Assembly (NCBI GenBank): GCA_964016885.1 | Contig: OZ024740.1 | Coordinates: 349,866,001 to 349,930,000 of the forward strand | Length of the DNA: 64,000 bases | Reading direction: 5' to 3' | Source of the DNA: Eledone cirrhosa | Taxonomy: Eukaryota | Shown here: one piece after another, positions 13,455-27,057 of the stretch | Numbering within the stretch: position 1 is the stretch's first letter | How the letters are laid out: each line of letters starts with the position of its first letter | Notes under the pieces: generated by a model | What the model was told of the DNA's origin: nothing | Databases searched by the model: none | Seen by the model: only the letters and a program-made list of their open reading frames with translations | Translations under genes and position numbers: made by a program

Positions 13455-14838
13455 GTGAGGTTTTTTTACAAAATGAAAAAAAAACCGAAGTGTCCTACAC
13501 GAGTGAAAAAAGATGAAATCGAAAATGCAACTGGAGTCTTTTAAAAAAAATATATATTTATTTGGTTCCTTTACCGGTTTCACAGCTCTTCTGCTTTTCA
13601 AAAGTAGAATTGAGATGGAGGGTTTGTGGTTTTCTCACATCTGGTTGGTCTTTGAATGTTACTTCTGTTTTATATGAAAAAAAACTGGTGGCTCGAAGTG
13701 CTAGGTTTTTAGAGAAGTAATTTGGTTGGTGAATAATTATAATAAATTTCGCGCCAGTTCGCGTTACAAAGTTCTTACTATATTTGCCTTAAAAAAAAGG
13801 GGGCGAGGGCCTCAGGTTGTTTTTTCATATATGAGTGAAGTTTGGTTGGTTGATGCAGTCACGCGAATAAGCACATCAGCTTTCGCGCCGGTTTGTGTTT
13901 GAATTTCTTTTTTCTTAAAATAAGGTGGCTCACGAAGGCTTTTTTTATTTTTTATATAAATGTAATTTGATTGGTTATAAATGAAATTATGACTGTCACG
14001 TGAACAAGTACATTAAATTTCGCGCCCGTATTTGGGAATTTATTTTGTAGCCCTTTAGAGAATTTTGTGCCAAACAAAAGATAATGGTTAAGAAAAAAGA
14101 GATAGGGAGAATTGTTGTGGTTCAGTGAATATGGCTGATGTGCTGGGGTATCAAAATTCAGACTTTCTATTGAAATAAAGAAAGTAGAGATATGTTTATT
14201 TGTGCTGGTGTGTGTGTGTAGGAAGATGATTCTATTAGTAGGAATTGTGGAGGGAGTTGTGTGTGTATGGGTGTTATGTGTGTGTATGTGTGTGTGGGAG
14301 CATGGTTAGCATGTTAAGATGGAGAGAATATATATCTATTTTGTGTGTGTGTGTGTGTGTATAATAAAATGATTCCGTTAGTAGAAATGGGGAAGGGAGT
14401 TATGTGTGTGTGGGGTGTGTGGTTAGCATGTTAAGGTGTTAGAGTATTAACGTATGTTAAGGTTTATTTATTTCTGGTTTTTATTTTTTAAAATAGAAGG
14501 TGTTATGTGTGTATGTGTATGTATGTGTCTGTTTGGATGGTTAGCATGTTATGGTCTTGACATAATGTATATTAAACTATATTTAATGCTGGCGCGAAAT
14601 TTATTATACTTATTCACCAACCAACTAAATTATTTCTCTAAAAACCTAGCATTTCGAGCCACTTTTTTCCATATAAAACAGAAGTAACATTCAAAGACCA
14701 ACCAGATGTGAGAAAAACCACAAACCCTCCATCTCAATTCTACTTTTGAAAAGCAGAAGAAATGCGAAACCGGTAAAGGAACTAAATAAATATATATTTA
14801 AAAAAAAAAGACTCCAGTTGCATTTTCGAATTCATCTT
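13449..14838. mobile_element. Unclassified element with ~250-bp inverted repeats (13510-13757 and 14588-14838) and internal tandem repeats
   Basis: Inverted arms read directly; ~135-bp repeats with TTTCGCGCC and ~117-bp repeats with GGTTAGCATGTTA; related to 33560-34617. Confidence 0.75.
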
Positions 14839-14911
14839 GTATAAATTGACATAACTTAGGATTTATCATATATATATCATATATATATATATTTCGAGAG
14901 AACGAGAGAGA

Positions 14912-14981
<70 letters not shown>

Positions 14982-15030
14982 TGAGAGAGAAAGAAAGAAG
15001 GAATCGACGTTAGTATTAGACTAGTATTAT

Positions 15031-15220
15031 AGGGCGGTGGATTGACAGTATCGGTAGAGGGTCGGACGCTATGCTTTGCAGAGTTACAGCCCTTTATGGT
15101 CTGAGTTCAAATCCCGCCGAGGTTAACTTTGCCTTTCATCCTTACGGGGTCGATAAAATAAAGTAGCAGTAATACACTGGAATAATTGCTGGCCCTGTGC
15201 CAATAGTAGAAATAATTATA
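15031..15220 (+). mobile_element. MetaSINE-like SINE copy
   Basis: Same head, core and tail as 11836-12025. Confidence 0.85.
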
Positions 15221-15651
15221 TTTAACCTTTGTTTTACGATTAAAGTCGCAGCTGCCAAAAATGAGTTGTTTGTGTATTTCAAAGGGCTGGCTTCGTCACA
15301 GACTGTGTATCCGGATGATTCTCTCTGTTGCAGATGTCTGTAGAATGAGAAACGTTAATTTCACGTGAAATGTGTTTCGTTGATCAGACAAGTGGAACAT
15401 TCATCGTTGAAACTGATGGAGCTTCTACAACAATTGTCTATAAAAGAAAGGTTTTTTTATTCTCACAAGACAGTTAGTTTTCCTATTGATTTTTCCTATT
15501 AGCTATATGAATTTGCATAACATCAGTTAAACAAAAAAAAAAAAAAAAAAGATTACAAAACAAACAAGAAACATTCGTATTTAATATTATAGGGAATGTC
15601 ATGCAAGCAATTATTAAATACCTCTGTATCTATGTATCTACCAATCAATCA

Positions 15652-15725
<74 letters not shown>

Positions 15726-16132
15726 TCTTTATTATGGCTACGTGGTGAGTCTTGTTACGCTGTAGTTTCACCCGAGCACTTACAGGATCATCACACAAGA
15801 CTAAATTTTCAATAACAGAGACAGTATAAATAGAGGAAAGCTCGAGAGCAAAGAATGGGGAAAATAGGTGTGTTTGAATGGATGTGTGGGGAGGATGGGT
15901 AATAGGGAAGGTGTATACAGTAATAGAGAAGATATGAGAAACAAAGAGGTATAAAAATGTAAAAGAACAAGGAAGTAAAACGAATTAAAAGGAAGTTATA
16001 GATATGGTACCAGAATGACGATAATAAAATAAAAAATAGGAATTAGTAAAATTAACAAAAGGTTTAAGGTGATTATAATGAATAGGATGAACAAAATGAA
16101 TAGAAAATAACTTAGGTGGGTAGGCGGGTGTA

Positions 16133-16191
<59 letters not shown>

Positions 16192-16445
16192 TTAGGTTTT
16201 GTCGGTTCACCACTGGATAGAACTGGTTGTTCCGTATAGTCAACCTTGATGTAATATTAGGGAGAGCACTCGACGTAATGCAACTCACCCGTCTTCGTTT
16301 GTGTTGTTGGTGGTGTGAGTACGGAGTTAATTATTATAAAATAACAGGGGGTTGAACTGATGTAATTCTTTAAAGGTTTATTATACTATGAACATTTCAA
16401 TTACCGGGATCAGTATGAATCCGGTGACATCATCAGGTATTCCGA
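16192..16445 (-). mobile_element. Penelope-like terminal segment with a type I hammerhead motif (16383-16440)
   Basis: Minus strand ATAC-CTGATGA-long imperfect stem II-GAAA-TGTTCA-TA-GTAT followed by AATAAA; abuts (TA)n. Confidence 0.55.
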
Positions 16446-17660
16446 AATTTATCCAGCAAAGGAATATAATAATAGACACAATCCAAGGGGCTGAAAAGCA
16501 GTACAAGACAAAGTAAATTCCTCACTTGAAGACGGCCGACCGGACTAGCAACTGCTAATTTGTGGCCGCCTTCTCGTCTTGGGCATCTCTTTCTGCTTTT
16601 CAGCCATCGTAGATGTGGTAGCCAGTGGTTGGTGCAGGAATGGAGTAAAGTATTTATTAAACAACAACAGAAGGCCGCACTGGAAAATTTACTTTAGAAT
16701 TTTAATTCCGTGAAATCACTATACGTATTTCGATGGCCTAGCTGCATCATCCAATTATGATGCAAGACAGGACGAGTTTCGGATTCAACGTAACCCTATT
16801 AAATAATTCTGTGGATGAGAGAGAGATCAAGTTACCCTTTCCCAGACAAATCTAGTACAGTTATGATCTGAGTTCACATCCCGCCGAGGTTAACATTGCT
16901 TTTCATCCTTACGAGGTCAATTAAATAAAGTACCAGTCACGTACTGGGGTTGATTTAATCGTGTTTCCCCTCCCTCCAAATTGCTGACCTTATGCCTATA
17001 TAAGAAACCATTATTATTATTATGATATATAGAATATTTAGTCTGATCCAGTAAACTATTACTCTGGAGTTTCCACGATATTTAGTTGGTTGGTTTGCAG
17101 AGAATAAAGACCTGGTTTATTGTTTCCTGTAGATTTCACATGGAAGAAACAGGCTATTGGATCAACCTAAATAAATTCGTTCCTTAATGCTAATACACTC
17201 GCTCACGTGCATCAATACATATTCACTACCTCCCTCTCTCCCTCTCTCTCTCTCTCTCTGTCTCATCCTATCACTCCCTGTCACACACACACACACACAT
17301 GTATGTGTGTGTGTGTGTGTGTGTGTATACATGTGTGTGTGTGTGAGCACGTACGTTTGTATCTGTTTTGAAGCAATAATTAAATTTTGAGGAGGTCTTT
17401 AGTGGTATAAGTGATAGTTAAAATATTTCCTAACTATAACGAGAATCGTATCTCGAGTAATAGCATTAGTAATCAGCTTTATTAAATACCATAAATCGAT
17501 ACTTCAGAATAAAGATTATATACATATAGTTATATAAAAACAGTATAAATTGAATGACATGTAGAAAATAAGTCAAGCTTTATATATGATAATAAATAAA
17601 CATTATGTATATATTTTTTCTGGACATCATGGAATCAGATTTTGCACAGAAACTTGCAGA

Positions 17661-17738
<78 letters not shown>

Positions 17739-17824
17739 TGTAATAAACAACATAAGATAATTATTTCATTTACCAGTCGTTTCTTGATCTCTTTTTTCCT
17801 GTACGTTTCCGACGGAATTACTTC

Positions 17825-17955
<131 letters not shown>

Positions 17956-18039
17956 ATATATATATATGTATATATATATATATACACACATATATATATA
18001 TATATATATTGTATATATATATATATGTATATATATATG

Positions 18040-18083
<44 letters not shown>

Positions 18084-18084
18084 T

Positions 18085-18117
<33 letters not shown>

Positions 18118-18120
<3 letters not shown>

Positions 18121-19707
18121 TGCCCCACAAAAGTTTACAACACATTAGGAAAAATGCGGTTTTAGGTATTTTTAATAAAGTTAGGGTAATGAAAATGTAA
18201 CTACTGATAGAACATATAGTGAGGCATTTAATGATACAATCATATTTAAAAAAAATTAACAAGGAAATAACTCATGAAGAAAAATCAATATTTTTATAAC
18301 GCAAAAGTTTACAACACATTTTATATTTATCGCTTTTTTTCAAGAAAATTCTTAAATTTTCAGATTTAAAATTCAGTAGAATGTTCTAGATTAGGTTTAA
18401 GGTAACTTCTAAGGACAATTAAAAATATTACGTCATTATTTGTCTGACAACCATCCTGTAAACATTGACAACCGTCCTGTAAACATTGACAATATGGGGA
18501 AAAATAAACTGATTGATCAAGACCTCCGTAAACGCATTGTAGACCTTCATACAAATAGTGTTGGTTATAGAAAGATATCTTGTCAGTTAAATGTGCCATT
18601 GAGTTCAGTTGGTACTATAATTCGTCACTGGAAATCTCATCATTCCATCTGTCCTCTAATTAGTTCTGGTCGTCCTAGAAAGATAACGGAACGTGCAGCT
18701 CGGTTATTGATGAGAAAGGTTGGCAACGAACCCCGGTGTACTCATTAAAATCTTCAGGATGACCTAGAATGAAGTGGAGTAAAAGTGAGCACAGATACGA
18801 TTAGTCGTTCACTACATCGATATGATATCTTCTCGAGGTCTCCAAGGAAAACACCACTTCTTACAAGGAAACACGTTCTTCGTCGATTAAACTTTGCAAA
18901 TGAGCATCTCATCAAACCTGCGTCATTTTGGGAAGATGAACTTTGGTCAGACGAAACAAAAATTGAACTTTTTGGTCGAAATGCTGTGGCAAAAGTCTGG
19001 AGAAAGAAAGGTACTGAATATTCGCTGAAGAATACTATTCCAACTGTAAAATTTGGAGGTGGATCAGTCATGGTCTGGGGTTGCTTTAGTGCCACAGGTG
19101 TAGGAAATATTGAAATAATAGAAGGAAGAATGGATGGCGCTTATTATAGAGGTATTTTGCAAAGGAATTTATATCAAAGTGCACATTCTCTCAGCTTAAA
19201 GCCAGTTTGGTTTTTTCAACAAGACAACGATCCAAAGCATACTGCAAAGCTAACACAATCTTGGTTAAGTACGAATGGAACAAATGTTCTAAAATGGCCA
19301 TGTCAGTCTCCAGATCTTAACCCGATCAAAAATTTGTGGAGAGAACTGAAACTCAGAATTCAAAAAAGGTAACCCCAAAATATCCCTGAACTAAAGAAAA
19401 TTTGTTGTGAAGAATGGAAAAATATTAGCCAAGAAGTTTGTAGGAGGCTACTCCAAACGCCTACAGGCTGTAATTAGCAACAAAGGTTACGCTACGAAAT
19501 ATTAAGAGATGATTTAATAAATGTGTTGTAAACTTTTGCGTTATAAAAATATTGTTTTTTCTTCATGAGTTATTTCCTTGTTATTTAAAAAAAAATATAA
19601 TTGTATCATTATATGTTCTATCAGTAGTTAAATTTTCATTACCCTAACTTTATTAAAAATACCTAAAACCGCATTTTTCCTAATGTGTTATAAACTTTTG
19701 CGGGGCA

Positions 19708-19710
<3 letters not shown>
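18118..19710 (+). mobile_element. Tc1 DNA transposon of the IR/DR type, full length but defective
   Basis: ~210-bp TIRs starting CAGTGCCCC with the internal direct repeat AAAAGTTTACAACACATT; TA flanks inside (TA)n. Confidence 0.95.
18494..19505 (+). pseudogene. Tc1 (DD34E) transposase pseudogene
   Basis: MGKNK..GRPRK..WSDETK..GGGSVMVWGCF..QQDNDPKH..SPDLNPIKNLW (catalytic E changed to K); in-frame stops at ~18746, ~18770 and ~19370. Confidence 0.93.
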
Positions 19711-19750
<40 letters not shown>

Positions 19751-19753
<3 letters not shown>

Positions 19754-21270
19754 AAAAATTGAACGGGAACAAAACAGAGAGGCAGTACGAACAAAGGTTT
19801 ATTAGTTTCACGCTCTTGAAAGTGGGGTGGTGGTGGGGAACGACGTTTCGGGCATAAGCCCTTCTTCAGGTGAAAAGTGTGTGGGAAGAGAGTTTCAAGG
19901 GTGTGTAGGGGAGTGGTGGAGAGACATATAGAAAAAAGGCGGTGAGAGGAAACGGTGCAAATGAAATTAAAAATAAAGGCATGATCAAAATAAAATTAAA
20001 AATACACATGGAGTAAAACAGGTGGTGGAAGGGTGTGGGGCGTGTAGGGGTGGTGGCGGGTGGAGTGGGGAGAGGGAGACGGGGTGTCCGAGCGGGGAGG
20101 GCTGAAGGTGGTGTGTGTGTGTAGGTGTACGTGTGTGTGTGTGTGTGTGTATGTGAAAGCAAGAGTTGGGGGAAGAACGGGGTTGCATGTTCAGGAAGAG
20201 GTGTGTGTGGGGTGGGGTGTAGGTCGGAGTGTGTGTGCGTGTGTGGATAGAGGGTGAGGGACGAGGATTCCGGGGGCTGAATGTGTAAATATGTGTTGGT
20301 ACGCACGTGTGTGTGTGGTGTTTATGCGTGTTGTGGATGTAGGTGGCGTGTGGGGAAAAAATTTTTTTTGGGTGTATGTCCGAGGGTGAGTCGTAAAGGT
20401 AATTCCGTAAAAGGATGTGGTGGAATGCTTAGTAATATCCTTGGGATGCGGTAGATTCTCGGGATCAAGGTTCACATATGTGTAATCCGTGAAGAGATTG
20501 GTCGGAAGAGAGGAGATGTGGGGTGCGCGCGCAACAGGAAGCGGTCAGAGAGGCATAGCAGCAGTAGAGTAGAATGGTAAGTGAAGAAAGTCGGTGTGTC
20601 AGTGTGTGCGGAGGTGCGGTGGACAGGGGAGAGGATGGGTAGGTGTGAAAGTTGGAGTGAGGAGGGGGTGTGTGTGTATTAGTAGAGGTGTTAGTGGGAT
20701 GTGTGTGTGTTTGAGAAAGGGTGTGGGTGGAGCGGGGAGAGAAGGGTGTGGGGCCGATGGAGGGAGTGTAGTGTACTGGTGTGTGTGTGCGTGTTTGGAT
20801 GAGTGTGTGTGTGGTGAAGGGGGTGTTAGTGGGTGTTAGTATACTGGAGGTGGAGAAAGGGTTGAATGCGGGTGTGAGTGGGGGTCAGTGGTGGTAGGGT
20901 GTGTAGAGTGGGTGGTGTAAGAGGGTGTGTGTGTTCGTGTGCGTAGGGTTGGGGGGTGTTAGTGATGTTAGTTGCGTGTAGAGTGGGTGGTGTAAGTGGG
21001 TGTGTGTGTTCGTGTGATAAGGAGGGGTCAGGGGGTGTTAGTGATGTTAGTTGCGGGGTGGTGGGGTGGATATATATACATGTGGAAGCTTAGTAAAATT
21101 GAAGCTTTGGCTGTGGGCAAGCAAAGTCGACCTACAATATGAATGAGTTAGCAAAGCACTCAATAAGGGTAGTAACAACATACGTTTAAATAGCTTGACA
21201 AATTGAACATTGTGGTAGGCAAAACCTAACACTCAATACCAGAACAACGAAAAAACTAACAGGTTAAAAA

Positions 21271-21271
<1 letters not shown>
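19751..21271 (-). mobile_element. 1.5-kb non-autonomous Penelope-like element with a minimal hammerhead core near its 3' end (19838-19872)
   Basis: Minus strand CTGAAGA-A-GGGC/TTAT/GCCC-GAAAC-GTC; bounded by (TA)n on both sides; 3' end homologous to 34805-34920; CA-rich body with no RT ORF. Confidence 0.55.
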
Positions 21272-21309
<38 letters not shown>

Positions 21310-21315
<6 letters not shown>

Positions 21316-21768
21316 TAAGTTTGAAGAACAGTCAGACAAAATCTATCCAATTCTTTTCCTCCTTAGTCCGTAGAAATCAACTAGATAAATAGTAATTTAA
21401 ACGGAGCTAAGTTTGAAATGTAACTTTGAAGAAATAACAGATAAATGTTACAGACTTTCCTCTGTGAGCAATAGTCAGATAAAATTTGCCTTGTCTTTCC
21501 TCTTAGTCCATAGAAATTAACTAGACAAATAATCAATTAAACGGAGCTAAGTCTATAATGTAAGTTTGAAGTAAATAATAAAGATAAACTTTACCAAAAT
21601 TCTTCTAGTCCCGACTATCGATAGTTTCGCAGTTCTGTTTTCATGCCAACACAAGAGCAAGAATGAGGGGCTCATTCTACTGACATAGCTTTAAAAATGA
21701 GGCTTGTTTGCATAATGGCAAACAAATCGAATATTGTTATTAATATTCGAAAAACTCAGATTACACAC

Positions 21769-21863
<95 letters not shown>

Positions 21864-22423
21864 ATCTGAGTTTTTCGAATATTAATAACAATATTCGATT
21901 CGTTTGCAATTATGCAAACAGGCCTCATTTTTAAAGCCATGTCGGGAGAATGATCCCTTCATTCTTGCTCTTGTGTTGGCATGTAAACAGAACTGCAGAC
22001 ACTAATGTTTCTGGTTATCACTCTTCAACAGTACAGTTCACTGTTCACCTGCCAACTGTCAGAGCTAGTGAACATATATGATATTTTCTAAAATATACAG
22101 TGACTGATCAGCCTGATTTGCATATTAGCAGACTGGCTGATCAGTCAGATCTGCATATTAGCAGATCCACTGATCAGCTAGATTTGCATATCAGCAGACT
22201 GGCTAGTCAGTTTCCTGTATACGAGCAATCAATGGCCGGCTTTTCCATATTCAAATAAAAAAAAAAAATGTTTCGCTCAACATGGTTGAATAGAATAAAT
22301 GTAATCTGAGTTTTTCGAATATTAATGATAATATTCGATTCGTTTGCAATTATGCAAACAAGCCTCATTTTTAAAGCCATGTCAGTAGAATGAGCCCCTC
22401 ATTCTTGCTCTTGTGTTGGCATG
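21310..22423. repeat. Composite inverted/direct repeat around a (TA)n array
   Basis: 21628-21766 is the reverse complement of 21860-21997; 21860-21985 is directly repeated at 22300-22423; internal ~30-bp repeats contain ATTTGCAT; two ~140-bp tandem units at 21330-21590. Confidence 0.8.
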
Positions 22424-23725
22424 AAAAAAAAAAAAAATATATATATATATATGCAGCTAGTTCCAGACTAATCAAATTTCGCAAATAATATCTGAAATTA
22501 GTAATAAGAAAATAACAATTAATTTGAATTTTTCTAACCATAAGCAGACAGACATTCAAACTACTAAATTCTACTTACCAAATATCTGTCCAGTATATAT
22601 ATCTTTAAAAAATCGATGTTTATACGGCTATAGTCAAATAAAACGTTAATCTGAAAATCACCCATTAAATCGGTTTAACAACAAACCAATTCAAACTTAG
22701 ATACAATTAATATAATTATACTTTCTTGATATAAACATAGAACATTTGAAAACGCAGCCGCCAACATATTCGGAGTTTGAAAACTAAGAATTTCACGTCT
22801 AAGATTTCACGGCGGGTTTAGATTTTGTTAAATCCCACCACTTACCTTTGTTATTTATTCATACTTGATATAAGCTTTACGCCACACAAAAGCATTAAAC
22901 AAACTAAACGAATTAATTTTTTCTTGGCTTCATATGCGTTGGTATCTACTAAAATATAAAACTATGTCACCGATATAGATATAGTCAGTAACAATTATTT
23001 TTATGCAATCATTAAATTGAGATGTTGATGCCAGTGTGACTATCTTTCGTTAAAAAAAGTTGCATTTTTTAACGGCTCATTGTCTGAGTAGCATATCTAC
23101 GTGCATAAATATAAACATTTATGCGTATATTATCAAGAGCGTGTTTAATAAATTGCCACTACCACCATCAGATGCCATCAATACACACAGATCTCATAAC
23201 TGGACACCATTTATTCTTCACCAACAAATGATAGTCAACGTTTATAAATTTAGAAATATGCCAACAGAAAATTTAACAGTAAATTTAACACTATAATAAA
23301 ATGATTCACAAATATTTATAATGTTTTATTTTCAAAATACCCGATAAGCCAATGAATACTAATAAAGATATAGTTTTCAGTAAACAAGTATTGAGGCCTC
23401 TTTTACATAGATAATTGTTTTATTTTCTGTGTAAATATATCTGTATACATAGAGAGAGAAACACACACACTTTACTTGCACATGCACACACACACATAAA
23501 CATGCACACACATACATATTTATATATATATAATTATACTTTCACACTAACGACACGAGAAACAGAGCTACACCAAATACTCATGCGCTTGAGGTTAATT
23601 ACATAACGAGGAAGGTTAAATATATCTTCTAATAGAGAATTCCTATAAATAATTACTTTTCCAATTGAAAAGAAATATTATATTGCATTGTAATCGGTAC
23701 ATAAAACACACACACACACACACAA

Positions 23726-23821
<96 letters not shown>

Positions 23822-23843
23822 GCACGCACGCACGCACGCACGC

Positions 23844-23887
<44 letters not shown>

Positions 23888-24421
23888 CCTCTCTCTCTCC
23901 TTCTCTCTACTTTTTCTCCCTCACACACACACATATATATACATAAACGCGTGTGTGTATACAGTTCTGCTCAGTTTCGCTCACAAGACTATTGGAGAGG
24001 TCTCCTGCCTAAAGTGCAATACTGTGGGGCTGGGGGCGACCACAATTTAAGTTAAAATACTCAATATATAAAGTAGAGTAGATATGTTTTCATATATTAA
24101 ATTGACACCTCTTACAGGACTAGTTCTGTTTCCTTCACTTTAAGAATTCCCTGAGATTAACGCAATAAGAGTGAGGTAGAAAGATTGGAGAGGAGGGGAA
24201 GTTGGTGGTTAGTTGTGTGAGTGTTCTGTCTGTTGGCGGATTGCGAAGATTTAGATTCCAATCTAGGCTTAAAGAGGGGCGTTAATGCTAAGAGAGTGAA
24301 AGAAAGAGTGGGAAAAAAAAAAGAATGAAAGAATCGGCAGTAATTTGTGGGACATGTGTCATTTAGGTTATAAGATGGTGAGGGGAAGGGCGGGTTAAGG
24401 AGACTTGGAGCGTCGATTAAT

Positions 24422-24507
<86 letters not shown>

Positions 24508-24511
<4 letters not shown>

Positions 24512-25402
24512 GTGCGTCAGAAAAGTTCCTGGACTGATGTCACAAAAGATTTATTTCAAACCCAAACTTCACACTAAGAGTTTTCTCCTTCAAAGTAACC
24601 CCCCTGGAGTCTAATGCACTTTTCCATCCTTTTTTGCCACGCTTGCATGCACTCCTGGAAGGATTCTTCCGGGATCCTCCGCAGTTCCGTCGCCACGGCC
24701 TTTTTGATGTCGTCCACGTCTTCAAAACGGATTCCCTCCGGGTCGTACTCGAAGATCCATGACTCATCACCGGTGATGACTGTCCCTAGAAAATCTGGTT
24801 CGGTTTCAAGACGCTCGACGAGGTCCTGGCACACTTTCATGCGTCGATCCTTCTGGTCATCGTTCAGCAGTTTTGGCACCTTCTTCGCGCAGACTTTCCG
24901 CATGTCCAAATCTTCAGTGACATTCTTCCAGACGCTGTCCCGATTCATGCCCAGCTCATTTGCCATCAGTCGAACAGTCAGCCGACGATCGCTACCAACC
25001 ATCTGCCTGACACGCTCAACGTTGACCTCAGTCCTGGTTGTTGAGGGCCTTCCGCTCCTGGGGTCATCTTCAACGTCCTCGCGTCGTTCTTTAAACCTCT
25101 TGCACCACTCAAAAACACGTGAGCGTGACATCGTCTCATCTCCATACACTTGCTGCAGCAATCCCAGTGCTTCTGACGGAGTTTTCAAGTTTGTTCGTTG
25201 CTCTGTGCTCATTGCTTGACAACCTGAAACAGAGGACATGCATATAAAATTATGAAGAAAAAAGTTTGATCGCTGCAGAGAGCTAAGATTACAGTTACAT
25301 ACTCCAGGGGGATTACTTTGAATGAGAAAACTCTTAGTGTGAAGTTTGGGTTTGAAATAAATCTTTTGTGACATCAGTCCTGGAACTTTTCTGACACACC
25401 TC

Positions 25403-25403
<1 letters not shown>
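24508..25403 (-). mobile_element. Internally deleted mariner element, copy 1
   Basis: ~100-bp TIRs (CGAGGTGTGTCAGAAAAGTTCC..), TA flanks, 896 bp. Confidence 0.93.
24574..25212 (-). CDS. Truncated mariner transposase (HTH region and first catalytic D fused in frame to the C-terminus), 212 aa
   Basis: MSTEQR..SRSRVFEW..DDPRSGRPST..KVPKLL..ITGDESWIFEYDPE joined directly to GIRFEDVDDIK..GGYFEG; second and third D motifs missing. Confidence 0.7.
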   Translation of the reverse strand: MSTEQRTNLKTPSEALGLLQQVYGDETMSRSRVFEWCKRFKERREDVEDDPRSGRPSTTRTEVNVERVRQMVGSDRRLTVRLMANELGMNRDSVWKNVTEDLDMRKVCAKKVPKLLNDDQKDRRMKVCQDLVERLETEPDFLGTVITGDESWIFEYDPEGIRFEDVDDIKKAVATELRRIPEESFQECMQAWQKRMEKCIRLQGGYFEGENS

Positions 25404-25487
<84 letters not shown>

Positions 25488-25631
25488 AATAAATTTAAGA
25501 AACATGCTGATGTTACATACATCTTTTATTCATTATCTTTCTTTGTGTTATTCCATCGTAACTACACACTACGAATGTAGAGAGCTTTCTCCTGCTTACT
25601 CCTGTTTTTACTAAAACAACTTCTACCGAAC

Positions 25632-25733
<102 letters not shown>

Positions 25734-26058
25734 CCTGCATACGCACATATAATATTACTGCAACATTTTAATCTAGAAATGTTATAGTCAATTAACTCCA
25801 AACCTATTAATAGCAATGATTTAGTAAATTATATAATACGATATAAGTATTACAAAGAATAAAATGTAAACGAAATGACATACCAGTAAAGTATGATTAT
25901 ATAATGATGGATCTTACGTTTATTTCGACGATGAGCTTTCAATCAACTAAACTTCCAACTAGTGAATTAACGTGTAAATGGTTGAGTATTCCACAGAGTA
26001 TTCCTTGCCATTCTCAAGCCGAATTCGTATGAACCAATATGTAATGTGGTTGGACTTA

Positions 26059-26370
26059 TCTATTATATAAATGGCAATTTCTGTCTGTGTATCTGTGTAT
26101 AACCAGTTGGCATCTACACCAGTGATCCGATCCTGATGAAAATGTACACATATGTTAAGCTAATATTCAAAAAACAGGACTGGCTAATTGGATTTCAATA
26201 AAAATCAATAATGGAACCCCTGGGGACATCTTTACAATGGAGGTGGAAAGAGAAGACGTTTCAGTGAGAGAGGGGAAGAGGAGATACTACTACTGTATGT
26301 TAAACCCTCCCTCCTCCCACAACTGCGAATAACCCCACCTTTCCCGGGTATTACCGGGTACTGCAGCTAG
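26059..26370 (+). mobile_element. Non-autonomous Helitron, copy 1
   Basis: A|TCTATTATATAAAT 5' end; subterminal hairpin CCCGG-gtatta-CCGGG; 3' CTAG|T; no TSD. Confidence 0.8.
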
Positions 26371-26969
26371 TGTATTATAAATGCAACCTAACGGGCTACC
26401 ACACACTTTCAGTCGACCAAATTTTCCTCTCAAGGCTTGGGTCGACACCAGATTATGATAAAGATAATTTCCCAAGATGTTACGCAGTGGGTGCGAATCC
26501 GGGATATTGTGATGAGTAAGCGAACTTCTTTACCTCTAAACCATGCCTACTTCTAATAAAGTATGACTATACAGAACTTATTTTAATAGAGCCTAACGCT
26601 GATAAATTTACTAAAATCTCTCACTGTCATAAGGTAATATATTTCACTCCCTAACACTATGTAGAATTTTGTTTATTTATTTTGTTTTGTAAGCAACATT
26701 CGGCTAGGAACTCTAATTCAGTGGTTTCCAGCCAACGGCTCAAATCAGAAACTGGGTCGTGGAATAATTCTGAAAAGATCACCATTTATATGAAAAACGT
26801 AAATGAATAGTCAACACAGGAAAATGATACTGTACAATGGAGATATAAGATTAACGCTACACACACACACACACACACACACACAACACACACACACACA
26901 CACACACGCGCGCGCACACACGCACACACACACGCACGCACACACGCACACACACACACACACGCACGC

Positions 26970-27036
<67 letters not shown>

Positions 27037-27057
27037 TATACATATATGCATGTAACA

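Noticed and set aside
15650-16135. Fourth Tx1 copy at the (TATC)n tract
   Set aside because: The adjacent AATAAA-bearing end is on the minus strand with an (ATAG)n tail and shows no visible similarity to the Tx1 3' UTR; left unclassified.
24614-25219. 201-aa plus-strand ORF (also 35876-36481) and the many antisense ORFs within Tx1
   Set aside because: Antisense shadows of transposon reading frames.
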